Origin: the human T2T-CHM13v2.0 reference genome, Homo sapiens
NCBI RefSeq assembly: GCF_009914755.1
Contig: NC_060934.1
Length of the DNA: 64,000 bases
Reading direction: 5' to 3' (one strand)
Below the pieces are notes generated by a model. That model searched no databases. It was given only the letters and a program-made list of their open reading frames with translations, and was not told the DNA's origin. The first letter of the stretch is position 1. The number at the start of each line of letters is the position of its first letter. Shown here piece after piece: positions 30,510 to 46,049 of this stretch. Both the position numbers and the translations under genes were made by a program.

Positions 30510-31280
30510 TTTACTATTACTTAAATCCATCCTGCCACCAGGGCTTTTTTTTTTTTTTTTTTTTTTTGTCCAAAATTTTTACAGTAGCCTCTGAACTGGT
30601 CTCTATGCTTCCAGGGCTGCATTTCCACAAAGTATCTTCCAAATGTCCCTCGAAGATCTTTCTGTGTAGAGTCTTTTAATGACTCCCAAGGGCTTTCAAG
30701 ATAGATTCAAAATCCCTTAACTTCCTTCATAAGTTCCTGGCACCAGCATGGATCTTTAGATTCAACAATTACCACTTGCCCAAATGAATGCTTCCTTCCA
30801 AGTATACAGGGTTACATGTAAATAGCAGAATAAGCCATGTTATTTCACTATTCCATCCTTTTGCACTCTTCCTCTCTATATATTATATACGTATATGTAT
30901 GTGTGTATGTACATACACACACACATATTTTTTTCCTCCATGAGATGTCCATCTCTTCCTTCTCTGCAAGGCTATTACCTACTCCTCAAACCTCAGAAAA
31001 GAAGCTCAAGGGACATCTCCCTTGGGACCATCCTTCCCAAACCGCACACTAAATAGGCATATTTTCCGTCAAGAATTCTCATGATTGCTCTTCCTATGAA
31101 TTTTCATTACATCCTGTTTTTGCATTTGAAACAGTGAACGCTTACCACACTGTTGGCTTACTTCTCTGTTTGTAAAAACAAAAGTATGAGCTACTTGAGT
31201 TCAGAGCCCATGTCTCAGCCATTATATCCCCGGTACCTTTCCCTGTGTCTGGTAACAATGCCTGTTTAATAGAATTGAAA
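30510..31280 (+). mobile_element. Degenerate L2 fragments
   Basis: 'tacagtagcctctgaactggtctctatgcttcc' and 'tatgagctacttgagttcagagcccatgtc'. Confidence 0.45.
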
Positions 31281-31329
31281 TCAAAAGCTATATTGCTTTT
31301 GATTATACAGTATACAATGTCCACTTATA

Positions 31330-31725
31330 TCCTATTAATAGCCCTACTGCTCTCTGTGGCTTTTCTCTAGTTGCAAGAGTCTCGCTCCCCTTCAGTGATT
31401 ACAGAGTCAGACAGCACATGCAGGTGAATTAACACTCACTGTAGCAGCCCTCAACCAATGGCCAAAAAGAGGTTATATAAATACATCCCTCCTATAGGAT
31501 AACTCAGAGGTGTGCTCTACACTGACTCCTACACTTTCACAGTGAGATTAAGCTTCAATCATCCCCACTGGTGAATGGCTCCAGTGGCTCCGTAACGTTG
31601 GCTGACATTCCATCCCTAACTTCCCCACTCTCCAAACTTTATTTTCAGGGGTTGTCTTGCAAATAAATGACTTATATCCAAATCCTACCCTCATAATCTG
31701 TTTCTGGTTGAACTCGACTAAGACA
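31330..31725 (+). mobile_element. LTR16-family (ERVL) solo LTR
   Basis: 'gcagccctcaaccaatggcc', 'ggataactcagaggtgtgctctacactg', 'aaataaatgactt...tctgtttctgg..aactcgactaagaca'. Confidence 0.75.
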
Positions 31726-32373
31726 GTATCCAATACTATGTTTTTAAGTTTAAAAACAATTATATAACTCAGTGAAGTAGGAATTCATATCATCCTTATT
31801 ACACAGATGAGGGAGCTGAGGCACAGATAGGTTAAAATTCGGTAAATTTAGAGCATGTCATTGAAAGGACAATCTATCATAAACTTGTCTGCATATTTTG
31901 GTTTTGGTTTGTGTGTGTGTGTGCTTTTTTCCCACTAACTTTCTTCTTCTGATCTCTTTAGCATCATTAATGAAAATGCTCACATATCAGTGGCTGATGG
32001 TGCCCTTGATTCAAAAGGCAGCCCTCTGGAGAAGGATTATAGCCCAGCACCTAAAATAGCTGAGCCTGGCAACTCAGTAGAGTGGTAAACTAAACTTTTC
32101 CCTAAAATAACACAGAGATCACTCAAGGGAGTCAGCAGGAACAGGGTTGCCATTGTGATTACCCAGGATAGGAGGGATTAATTCACAGGTATTAGAAAGC
32201 AGCCCAATGCAATGCACAAAGCAAAAGTACATTTCTATAGTTTTTTTTATTTTGTTTTGTAATTTTTATGCAAACCAGACATGGTAGAAAGCTACGTAAG
32301 AGACAGAAATTTATCTACAACATAAATAATGGAGAGGAAAACACATCAAGGTGTTCAACTTTATAAAAATTAA

Positions 32374-32689
<316 letters not shown>

Positions 32690-32716
32690 ACAAAGTTTAA
32701 AAAATTAGATTTTACT

Positions 32717-33018
<302 letters not shown>

Positions 33019-33039
33019 TTACTATTCTATCACAATATT

Positions 33040-33670
33040 AGCAAATACTAAAATATGATAATGTACAATACTCATGTAATTAGTAAAATAGGCACTCTGG
33101 TATAATATCAATGAGAGTATAAATTGGTGAAATCTATTTGAAAATGCATTTGGCATTTTATAATAGGTTTCTTGATACAGACCCTCAACTTGACCTAGCA
33201 ATTTTTAAAATAGTCCCTAACCTTTAGTCCAGTATCTTCCCCCCATGGATTTGCCTTAAGAATACAACTCACACCCATATATACTTACATACAACAAAAA
33301 TTTGTCTTGAAAATTATCAAAATATTATTTATAATAGCTAATTAAAAAGAAATCACCACATGCCCATTAAGACAAGAAAAAGAAATAAATGATTTAACCA
33401 TACATTAGAATACTTAAACATTAAAGTTTGAGATTTTGAAAACTAAAAAATGGCATGAGAAAATAATATAGAGAGCTTAAAAAATGCACGGCTTATAATT
33501 TCATATATGGCATGAACTTATTTTAAATATTAATAAATCAAGATAAAAGAAAATCACATGAAGAGATTCATAGGTATAACTGGTGGTGGTCTTATGGGTT
33601 ACCTTTTTATTTACATGTATAAAATATGCATGCATACTTTTTATATTTACATGAAGTTATTTTAAAACAT
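33040..33670 (+). mobile_element. Old L1M(E)-like 3' fragment
   Basis: 'gagtataaattggtgaaatctatttgaaaatgcatttggca...ttgacctagcaattt'. Confidence 0.55.
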
Positions 33671-33751
33671 GAATTTGCTATACTTAGGAATTAAACCTAT
33701 AGGTGGTTATTCCTGCATAACAAGACACCAGGGATTAAATTAAAATTACTG

Positions 33752-34052
33752 GGCCAGATGCAGTGGCTCACGCCTATAATCCCAGCACTTTGGGAGGCCA
33801 AGGCGAGTGGATCACAAGGTCAGGAGATTGAGATCATCCTGGCTAACATGGTGAAACCGTGCCTCTACTAAAAATACAAAAAATTATCCAGGTGTGATGG
33901 CAGGTGCCTGTAATCCCAGCTACTCAGGAGGCTGAGTTAGGAGAATCGCTTGAACTCAGGAGGTGGAGGTTGCAGTGAATGGAGATCACGCCACTGCACT
34001 CCATCCTGTGTGACAGAGCAAGACTCTGTCTCAAAAATAATAATAACAAAAT
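33752..34052 (+). mobile_element. AluSc
   Basis: gatcacaaggtcaggagattgagatcatcctggctaac together with gagaatcgcttgaac. Confidence 0.9.
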
Positions 34053-35809
34053 AATTAGCTGGTAAAACAAAATAATTTATGTAGTGCTCTCTTTGCCTAA
34101 TTCATCCTCCAAATCTGGAGGGTTCATGCTTCCTTTCTCCATTTTAATGTTTCCAACCATAACATCCACCATTGGAGAGTCTTGTGGTTCATGGGCATTT
34201 GCTAATTCTAAGGATTCATGGACTCTTATGAAAGCATTTGTTTTTGCGGTTTCCATTAAAATGGCAGTTGACAAGTATACAAAGCAGTAAAGCCAAGGCC
34301 ATACATCTGGTAATGAATTGCTTTCCTGACTGAGAAAAAAGAGGTTTACTGTGAGTGCCAGTTGTTTCTTGTCCTCTCCAAGAGTTGCAGCAGAACAAAT
34401 GTTACAGAATATAAATCTACAGTCCAAGACAATCCTATTGTTACTTGGCTCTGTGTTAATTTCCGACACCATCATCTCTCCATAATCAACAAATTTGCCT
34501 GAAATTTTGTAAATTAATGAACATTGTTTGTTTTGGAAGATCAAACTGACTCAGCAGGACTTTTTCAGAGAAAAGAAAAGAGTGACGATTTTGAAGGGAA
34601 AGCAACAAGAAACCAAATGTATTTTTAATTACCTTTAAATTACATTAATAACAACATTCTCAGTAGGACAAAGGGATCAAATTCTACTTACTATGAGATT
34701 TTGCATTAGCTTGGGAAAATGTTTTCTTTCTGCTTTGGTTGGTTCTGCTTTAGGTACTAGTCTGTAGATATTTGCAAATCTCATAATTTATGTCCATGCT
34801 TGTATGCATGGGACAAAATAGTTTTATTTGCCTGTTTATTGTGGTCTCTCTGAAACAAATGATGGGTTGCATCATTACCACTGCTTTCCTTATAATGACT
34901 TAGAAAAATCATCCTTCTTCCCTCAATCCTCACTTAGAATCCAGCAATCAGAACTCTTATCTCTTGAAAAACACAGCTGTTTTGTGCTTATAGATGAAAC
35001 AGAGATAAATTAATTGGCAACACCTAAGTTTATGAAGTTGCTACTGAAATCATAGATATAATCCAGCTCCTTTAAATTTCTCTCCAGAATACTTTCAGTA
35101 GTTGATACTAGGAATATCCTCAGTATACAGATCTAATATCATTATTTATCTTATAGGTGGTCATGGAATTTGCCAAATTTAGCAGATTTATACCAAATTT
35201 AAAAGTTAGACTTGGTCTAAATGTTTATTTAACAAACTTTTACTTCGTGTTTTTTATGGTCATTGAATATCTTCAGCTCTAATCAAGACACATAAGGGCC
35301 TTCTGGGAATTTACCTTCTACTGGAGGAAAGGAAATATACATATCAATGGCTCAGCCCCAAAAGGGGAAAAACAAAAAGTGCCACAGAGAGGAATGCATG
35401 TAAGTACCATGGGCATCTACTGATGGGGAAAAAAATCACAGCTCTGGGTGTGTGAGGATTGTAGAGGATTGTTGAGGAGAGCAAGCCTGGTGCCTAAACT
35501 GAGACTTGGGATAGATCATTAACTGTCAGGGCATCCAGACCTCCATCCCATACTTTGGACAAACGCACAAAGTCATAAAAAGATGCACAGCTACGTGGCG
35601 GAGTGCAGCTAAACTATCTAAGTAAGATTTTAGCTAAACTATGCCATGTTTAGAAAAATCTTACCTAATTATCCCACAAATGGATCCAACTGATAGACCC
35701 GTTTTGGCCCATTTGTATTGAGATATTCCATCTAGACTAAGAGGAAAAGTTGGCAATGAGGACTTCTGTACTAGCAATGTTAATTTACTAACTTCAAGAA
35801 GTCAAATTA

Positions 35810-36450
35810 CGTAATTAAACACATCTTAAATAAAAACAATGTTAGAAATCAAAAATGCCCTACAAAAACTATTGAAAGAGGAAATAATAACTGCAATTAC
35901 AGACTAATTAGAAAATAATGAAAATGCAAATATTGCTGTCAAAAACGGAATATAACACAACTCTACTGTGTAGATGAATACATGTTTAACTTTAAATACT
36001 TTCATAATAAAGTTAAAAAGTAAATATTTAATTGAAGAAAGTAGAAAAATAACCACAATTCTAAAATAGCAGGAGGAAGCAAATAAAAGTAAAGGCAGAA
36101 AAGGTTGATTTAGAGAAGGAAAAATAAAAGAAAAATACCAAATTGCTAAATAAATCCAAGAGTTGTTTCTTAGGAAAACATAATTAGTATACTATATTAA
36201 GCATTAATGTATGAACCTGGTGAATTTATTTAGAAAATTAAGTTGGAGAAGGAAAAGATAAATGCACAATCTTTAAATTATAAATAGATTCCTCTTTTCA
36301 ATTCCATGTTGATATATTTGAAAATCTAGGTGGAATAAATACATTTCTAAGAAAAAAGATATTGCCAAAATATAATAAAGAAAAATTTTTAAATGTTACC
36401 AGAATTGTGGAGCAAGACTATAAAACTATTCTTGTCCCATAATTAGAAAA
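35810..36450 (+). mobile_element. Degenerate L1M ORF2 fragment
   Basis: A-rich; 'aaataatgaaaatgcaaata', 'aataaatccaagagttgtttct', 'tttgaaaatctaggtggaataaatacatttcta'. Confidence 0.55.
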
Positions 36451-37000
36451 CTATTCTTTCCTCCTCCCTACATTGCCCTGTTCAAGAAAAGTTTGTAGTG
36501 GATGGCTATTTTGCAAGTGATTTAAACATACATAAATTTCATTTCCAGGTAATTTTCTAATTAAAATAGTTATAATAGAAAGGAAAACATTTGCAAAACA
36601 AGCTGAGAGGGTTAGGGCTGTTTTTCCAATACTACATCATTTGGCTTTGGTCCAATCTCCACTTCTGTGAGTCTCACCTTCTCCCTCAATAACACAAGCA
36701 GAGGGTGCATGTTTACACAAGTGTGCCTGTATGCATTTGTATGTATATCAGAATGATAAATGTTATCGCATGTCTGCTAACTCTATCAAACATTGAAACA
36801 CTGAATTTTAGAATTAAAAGGCTCTAATTAGCTTTAAAACAATCCCATAATGTATTATCAGTCTCTCTGATAATCTGCAAACTTTTTGTACTATCTCTGA
36901 GGTCATAACTAACTTAATTTCTATCCTCTCATAACTCAATCTCATCTACCTCACATCAACACTCTTTCATCCTTTGGGAAAACTTTTAGGTTTAACCACT

Positions 37001-37676
<676 letters not shown>

Positions 37677-37929
37677 TGACTATAACTTAATTAGAACAAT
37701 AACAGGTGAGTCTGAGTTCAGATACAAACCTGAGAATCCAGATACATAAATTAAATGTTCTGCTTGGATTCCAAAGCATCTGTCATCAATAGAGTATGGG
37801 ATGTTCAACTGTAACACCCAGGGAAGGGGCTGAGTACTTGGTTGAGGAAATGTGCCATGGACTAAGTTGCTGTAATATCAAAGAATCAGCATCCAGACAC
37901 AATAAAGGTATTATAGACCTAAAACAATG

Positions 37930-38540
37930 CTATTTCACTGTGCTTTTTCTTCCAAGCTAACATATTGACAAAGATTGAAAAAGAATGATAATACTCATTG
38001 CTGCCAAGTGTGTGGGGAAACAGGCACCCAAATAACTTGCCAGTAGATGCATATTTAGTGCAACTGTTCTGGAGAGTAACTGTGTACATGGTTTTGCAGA
38101 ATCTTTGCAAGATTTTCTTATTATTTCCTAGCAGTGACTTTGCTAGGTCAATGGGTTTTATCCCAGTATTACATACAGTAATAACACACTGGAAAGAAAC
38201 TAATGCTTAATAATAGGAATTCCAATAAATATTTTATGACATACCCATTAAATATTGTGACATATTAAAATAATATAGATTCATACTGACTGACATGAAA
38301 ATACGATTAGTACACACTGATAGGAGAAGAAATAAAGGATACAGTTCAAATATATTGTCATTAAACTAACTACTTGTGTCCATACATACAGAAAAAAAGG
38401 AAGTATATATACCTAAAGATTAACAGTTTTTATCTGAAGGTGCTAAGATTACAGTGGATTCTATATTATTTCAATTATTTTAATATTGAAGTCTTAAAAA
38501 TAAGTAAATATTACTCTGATAATCAGCAAATTAGTAAATA
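37930..38540 (+). mobile_element. Old L1M(E)-like 3' fragment
   Basis: 'ataatactcattgctgccaagtgtgtggggaaacaggcac...gtgcaactgttctggagagtaac'. Confidence 0.6.
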
Positions 38541-38599
38541 TGTTCTTATTTTGATGACAAAAATGAGTATCCATGAATAATGTTAAAAAATTATGTCAC

Positions 38600-38865
<266 letters not shown>

Positions 38866-41129
38866 TTACATCACATATACAGAAACTCTATTAATACTGA
38901 AATTACTTTCTTGGGAGAGTTTTATTAATAGCCACAGACCATTATCCTTTCTCTGACATCTTAAAAGTATCCATCATTTGTCACTCAGCATATGGTGCCT
39001 TAAGTTCTTAATGACCATTTTTCTGGGTAGAGATCTCTCTATACAGGTCAGGACTATATGTCATTTCTTATATGTATGTATTTATATGTCCCTCTATGGA
39101 TTTGAATCCCTGGACTCTAAATGGCAGCTGATATAGTGTCACACTCAAGTATTTTCATTTTTTTTCCCTAATGTTGTCGGGTAACAGTTCCACGGGTTAT
39201 GAGCTGTGGGCATATGCCAGCACCCCTTGTCCTAACTTCCTAACTGGCATATGTCTTAAATACGGGTTAGGAGTTTTTACCATTGAGTTGTTCTAAGAAG
39301 TTTCATGAGCACACCATTACGTAGAATATAGATGTCAAACTTGAAGCTGATGTAACAGCCTATCAACACTGATAGTTTCCAGGAGCCCTCCGCTGGATCC
39401 TCTTTTATTCTAATGAGCATTTTTGTCCCTTCTCTGGGCTGGAATGAATGACTTCTGTCCCCTCTCTGGGCTGGTGTGGATGACAGAACTTTCTCGGATT
39501 CAGCCACAGCTGAAGAGAGCTATGGCTGAAGCTCTGCTCGGGGGAATGTGTCCCCTGCAAGGCCCAAGCTGGATGCATCTTCAGTGGGATTCATTATCCA
39601 TTCTGTCCATTCTTTCCCAAGAGCCCAGCAGCCCTTACACACAGCATGCCATTAACAATGGAGGAAGCCTGCCACAGAACGGCGCTCTTTGAGGCAATGG
39701 AAACTACCCTACGTGAGCAGGCTGCACAGCTCCGCTTTTCCCAGTCAGCCTCTGAGCAGTTCATTGGTGACTTCAAGAACGAATCCAATCTACATCTATG
39801 GAAGCCATTAAAATCTGCCCTAGGCATCTTCAGCCTCCACCACCCAATTTCTGTTTCTTCAGCCATCTTTAAACTGTCCATTTACTCCATTATTTTTTTT
39901 TATCTTCATGGTACTTGTATCCTCCCTGTCTTCTCTGCTCCTTCAGATTCTTGGGAAGAAATGTTTGCCTGTCTTCCAAGGTCAGCTCTTTCTTGAGATG
40001 CACACCTCAGCTAACCACACAACAGCCACTAAGCAAGCAGTTCCTTGCCCTCTCCACCCTTCTCCTTCACTGGGTGTGGTATCCTAGGCTCCTTGATGTT
40101 TGGGAGAGAGGTTCTGACACGGGCTTTTGAAAATCCACAGAACATATGGTCTTTGAGGACTGCATTCAATTTTCTCCTGGCTGCCTGGCTGCCTTGCTTG
40201 CCCTCAATCTATTGCTCTCATGCTGAGGACCCTTGCTGATTTCACTAGGGTGAAAAGAATGCATTTCCTTTTGTCACAAGTCACCATCTTTTCCTTGCAA
40301 AGTAGCTATAGGTATAGAGTGGAAGGAGAATACAAATGACAGAGAGAGAGAGAGAGAGAGAATATACTCAGGAATAGAAATTGAGAGGTAGAAATGCAGA
40401 CTCACACCCAGATGGTTACAGAGAGAGGGATTCTTTGCCCCCAGACCATGCATCAGACCAGCTCTGAAATTCACATTCTCATTTCTCTACTTAACCTCTG
40501 CAAAACAGCATATGGGCATGCCTTTCCTAGTTACTATGCATTACTGTCTAAGTAGGGGGTGGTGGTGTGTGCTTATCTATCCAGCTGACAGCTTAAAATC
40601 CCTTTATCCCACATCCTTCCCAAGAGTTGTGTGCATTCTGTGAATGATTAATTTTTTAAATTATTTTTGGCTCCAACCTGGTTTCTCCATCTCTTTTACA
40701 AATCACCTCCAGTGGACCTCCACTGTCCATGAAATTCGTTCTCCTTTCCTCAATATCTATGCACGTATACACACACACATATGCACTGACCAAATGATAC
40801 CTATCCACCCAATATGATTGCAGGTATTGCTATGCATGTGGTTGCTGATATGGGGGGAATGGTTAAGTCTCCAGAGCTTGTCACAGTGGGGAAGAATCCA
40901 TGTTGTATATCATGGCAAGAAAATGACTTTAAAAGCTATATAGCAATTTTCACTCACTCTTACCTACATACTGGAATTTAATAGCCATGCCTCTCTGTTT
41001 CAGCAAGGCCAAATAACTTATCTAAATATATAATGCAAAGCAATTCTATTCTCTGTGGCTTCTACCTCTAAACTAATATCCGATTTTGCTCTCCTTGGCA
41101 CATGCAACAAGTTTTAAATATAGTTGAGG

Positions 41130-41237
41130 TGGAAGAAAGTAGTTGATAACTGGGCTCTGGATACAAGAAGGCTGATTTCCTACTGATGTGAAATTTGGGA
41201 TAATCTACTTAACAATTCTATGCCTCCGTCTCTTTAC

Positions 41238-41275
<38 letters not shown>

Positions 41276-41440
41276 ACAGTATATATATATAGAGAGTGAG
41301 CGAGCTCACAAGCGAGAGAGAGGGCCACATTTTATATAGTTAATGACAGTATCATATTATGGGGTTGCATGAAGCTTAAATGAGAGGAAAAGGTGCTCAT
41401 CTGGCACCTGGCGCAGAGTTAATCCTCTTAAATGTTTGCC
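41130..41440 (+). mobile_element. MIR interrupted by (TG)n at about 41240-41273
   Basis: 'tgggctctgga...gtgaaatttgggataatctacttaacaattctatgcctc...ggggttgcatgaagcttaaatgag'. Confidence 0.65.
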
Positions 41441-41919
41441 TTAGACAGGGGGTCATACAAGAGGTCTCATCCCATCAGTCACTGAAGAAATGTGTAGTAT
41501 CCAGACAGATCATTACCAATGATATAAGTTAATATAACCGTCGCTCACAGAAGGCAAAAACAGCCCTAGTAATTTGACAGTTGTTTTTCAATAGCACAGT
41601 TTTCCTCCACTGAACATATCAAATTATTATCTACTGAACAAAGATACACATACAATAATAATGTGACCAGAGCAGTATTGCCCATCCATGGTCCTTCAGT
41701 GTGCTGCCAGCAGGATTCTACCTGATCCTGGACCATGGCACGTGCTATTGTTCACTTTTAATTTTTTTCTTTAAATCAACGATATTTCTTAGTTTTGTTC
41801 TAAGATAATAACTATGACATCATAGGTCTAATGAGCCGTTAATCATTGCTTAATGTGCATAAGTAGCAATAACTAACATTTTAAATCTGTCTATCCACGT
41901 TTCAACTATGATAATTACC

Positions 41920-42115
41920 TGGATTTGGAAGCAGAATAATAAGACTTGAATTACTATCCCATCTAGGTCTTATATATTTCTGATGCCTGTTCTTGGGTAA
42001 ATCACTTAAACTCTCTAAGCTCCAGGTGCTTCATTTGGACCAGTTCACAGATCTCTTGTAAAGATCAAGGAAGAAAATGCAAGTCAAAGTATTCTGTAAA
42101 CTGTAAAGCATGGTG
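41920..42115 (+). mobile_element. MIR
   Basis: 'cttgggtaaatcacttaaactctctaagctccagg'. Confidence 0.65.
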
Positions 42116-42637
42116 TTAATTTTCAGTAAATGTCCAAGAACTCTTTGTTGCGACTGATGACACCAGTAGATTAGCTTTCAACAACAGAAAAGCTGGCTTT
42201 TCAAAGGGAAGTGAATGTCCTTCATTCATAAGCTCCCTGGTTGATGTGTCTCACTCAGGATTTACAGCAGAGTGTACCACCATCCGGTGACACATTGAGA
42301 TTCCCTTCTGTAGTAGCAGGGGGGTCACTGCTGGTATAGCTAACACCACCCTCGTGTCCACTGAGGACAACAAAACCTGCAAATGTCCTTTTCTTCTCCT
42401 CTTAAATTTCATATTTTTTTTTTCAGTCACACAGCCTCAGCCCTATCCTATTTATAGATTAGCTGCATGCATCAGTACCAGAGAACCAGGATCACGAACT
42501 CAGTATTGGGCAGCGTAGTCCCCACAGGCGATGTCACTGACCCCACTAAATACTGTCAGCACCTGCAGTCACAGCATTGGCACCTGGCATTTCTCGGCTG
42601 ATCCAAGAACTCCTGTGGCTTTGCAGAGTACTTACAC

Positions 42638-42787
42638 CAGTGGTTCTCAACCCTGGTTGTCCATTAGATTCACATGGGGAGATTTTTCTCAATGCCAATA
42701 ACTGGGACCCATCCCAAACCAATTTAATTAGGATCTGTTGGTGGAAGCGGGGGACTCAGGCATCAGTTTATATTAAAAGCTGCTCAG
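42638..42787. mobile_element. MER5A-family fragment
   Basis: 'cagtggttctcaaccctggttgtccattagattcacatggggag'. Confidence 0.7.
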
Positions 42788-43107
42788 GGACTGGGTGTGG
42801 TGGCTCACGCCTGTGATCCCAGAACTTTGGGAGGCTGAGGTGGGTGGATCACGAGGTCAGGAGATCAAGACCATCCTGGCTAACATGGAGAAACCCCGTC
42901 TCTACTAAAAAATACAAAAAATTAGCCGGGTGTTGTGGCGGGCATCTGTAGTCCCAGCTACTCAGGAGGCTGAGACAGGAGAATAGCGTGAACCCAAGAG
43001 GTGGAGCTTACAGTGAGCTGAGATCCTGCCACTGCACTCCAGCCTGAGCGACAGATTGAGCCTCCGTCTCAAAAAAAAAAAAAAAACAAACAAACAAACA
43101 AAAAAAG
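42788..43107 (+). mobile_element. AluY
   Basis: AluY diagnostics; TSD approximately aaaa(g)gctgctcag. Confidence 0.92.
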
Positions 43108-43625
43108 GCTGCTCAGAAGTAAAGGCTTCTTCTGCCACTTTAGGTTAACTGTGGCCAGACGGTAAGGCTGCACCTACTGAGCATGGAGAAAAGTAAGAAT
43201 GAAATCCAATTATTGTGCTTAGTTTGGCCAAATCCCATAAGTCAGAATAACTGAACATGAAACAAAACAAAACGAAGCAAAACACAATAGTGCCCACCCC
43301 TGACAGTCCACCTGTACCGCTTTTTTTTACGAGATGATCCTTTTATTTCTTACATGGGAAGATCTTGTTAAAGTGTGAATTTCTGATTCTCACTCCCAAC
43401 CTAAAGCAATCAGAATCTCTGTTTGCCAGGGAATTTGCATTTCAATAGGTACCCCAGAGCACCTAAGCCCACAAAATTTTCGGACCACCACTTTCTAAGT
43501 GATTGCATTAAGGATCACTGTATAATCCTTCTGGGGTTTTCTGCCCTGATTGCAAAACAAAAAGAAATATAAAATATAGATTCCTGGTTCTACCCCATGC
43601 ATCCTTGGTGTAGTGCCTGCATTGC

Positions 43626-43938
<313 letters not shown>

Positions 43939-46049
43939 AGGCATTGCTGAATTTTTTTAAAGATTCATATAGAGTTCTGATTAAAAGCCAGATCGTGAGC
44001 CTGTGTGATAATGGCAATGCCACTGGACTGCAAAGAAAAAAAAAAAAACGCAAGGCTTACATTGCTAAAGTGTCTTTTCTTTGACCAGGTGTCATTTCCT
44101 AAACAAACTCCTCCATGTCAATTCTCTTCAGAGTGAGAAAAAGAAAGTCTCTTTCTTGTCCATTTGCCTTTTGCATACAGAAAGGGACACAAATTTAGAA
44201 AGTATTTAAAGCAGTGGGCGCTTCGAATGTTCATTATTCAATGCCAGAACCAAAGCCTCCCCAGGCATTATTAAACACATTGATGAACACTGTGGCTGGA
44301 TTTAGAGAGAAGAAAGGTGCTGCTGGAACTGCAATACACCAATTCTTCATTTAAATATCTTGTAAGTAAAGACCCAGGAACTGACTTCATGGATTTTCAT
44401 GTGGAGGCGATAGTATTTACATCTCAAAAGCCTACTCTACGGCTTTCTCAGTTATGCTGGCTATTGGGGATTCCTGAATGAGCACAGGATGAAATGCAAC
44501 TTAATTCTATCTATTAAGGAGACAAGGGTTTCGTAGCTGGGTGCTGTGTATGGTGAGGAGGTTATTATGGCATGAACAAATGCAAACTCAAGCCAATTAT
44601 TGCTTCAACTCCTGCTGAGCTTTTCAGTAGAACTTTAACGCATGCAAAATGGAGTACTAGTTCTTGTCTCAGCTCATAACTTCACACAGAAAGATCATTT
44701 TTCCTGTAAATGCTGAAGGCAGGGTGAAGCCCCCAGAGCAGGCCACTCAAATCTCACTCAGCAGGTGGCCATTGGAACTGGGCATCTGAGGGACAGGAGC
44801 CTAAGAAATGTCCTTGAGTTGCTACATTCTTTTAGGAGGCAAAAGTGAAAAATAAGAGCCACCTGCCACTCACAGAGAAAAGAAAATACAAGTTGAGTCC
44901 CTTCTGTGCTTGTAGGTCCTCCCCAAACCAAACCAAACCAAATCAACCAATACACACATCCAGCCAGTGGGAAGATGGCTGTGAAGTTCCCATCTCTCCC
45001 AAGTCTGTGATTGACTTCAAAACACTATCATCAATCATGCTAATAAGCACTTAAAAAGTAAATCAAAGGCTATTAAAACACTTTTGACATTGAGCTTGCT
45101 TCCTCAAGCAAACTATAAATGCCCAGAATTTACAACATTTGCTGAAGGAAGGGAGGAGGATGCTGGGTTTTAAAAACAAATTTATTAGCTTGTTTCTTAT
45201 GCTGTTTTTTTTCTCCTTTCTCCCATTGGGACAGTAATAAACTAAAACTGCTAGATGCTGTTACAGACTGTTAAATTCGTAGTTAAGGTTCATATCATTA
45301 TCCAAGCTATTCTGGATTTCCGGGGGGTGATTTATAAGTATGTGCGAGCAAAAAGCCACAAAACACTGTCTCTTTTAACTAAAGGGGCCTGGGGCTATAT
45401 GACCAACATCTATACACAATGTGCCAGGCAGTAAAATAATACTGTATGTCACTCCCCTCACATGCAAAATACTGGACAGAACCAAGTAAGACTGTGAAAT
45501 AAACTGAGATCAATGGCGGCCATGCTCTGTCATTATTGTGCATGGTGACTCTGGATAAGTCATTTATCCTCTCTGGACCTCAATTTCAACTGAAAAAGGC
45601 ATGAATTGACCTAGATAACTTTTTAAGTCCTATTCCAAGCTACAGTCCTATTATCGAATTATCCAATTAGCTCATTAGCCAGCACAATATTAATCAGTTA
45701 CCTCAGGACTTATACGAATGACTAGCGTGGGACCTTAATTCTCATCTCTCCAAATTATGGCGGTGGAAGTGGTGCCCTCTCATGCTGGCAAATCTGATTT
45801 CTAGCCATTCATTCACTTTCTCCCTTCAACACATGCTCAACATTGATCTTGGATTTATACTCCCATTGGCTCCTTGCTCAGTTTCCAATCAGTGGTGCTG
45901 ACAGCTGGATGTTCCCATTTCAAGCATGTGGAGTAACAGACACGAGACTGTGACTGGGGCAAGACAGCATCCACTAACAGAAGGATGAGTGTCAGGTTTT
46001 CATTAAGCAGGAGCACAGTGGTTGCTTATCTTCAGCTCAGTTCCAGACC

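Noticed and set aside
42310-42330. CTCF-like tagcaggggggtcac
   Set aside because: Lacks both the 5' CC and the GGC core positions.
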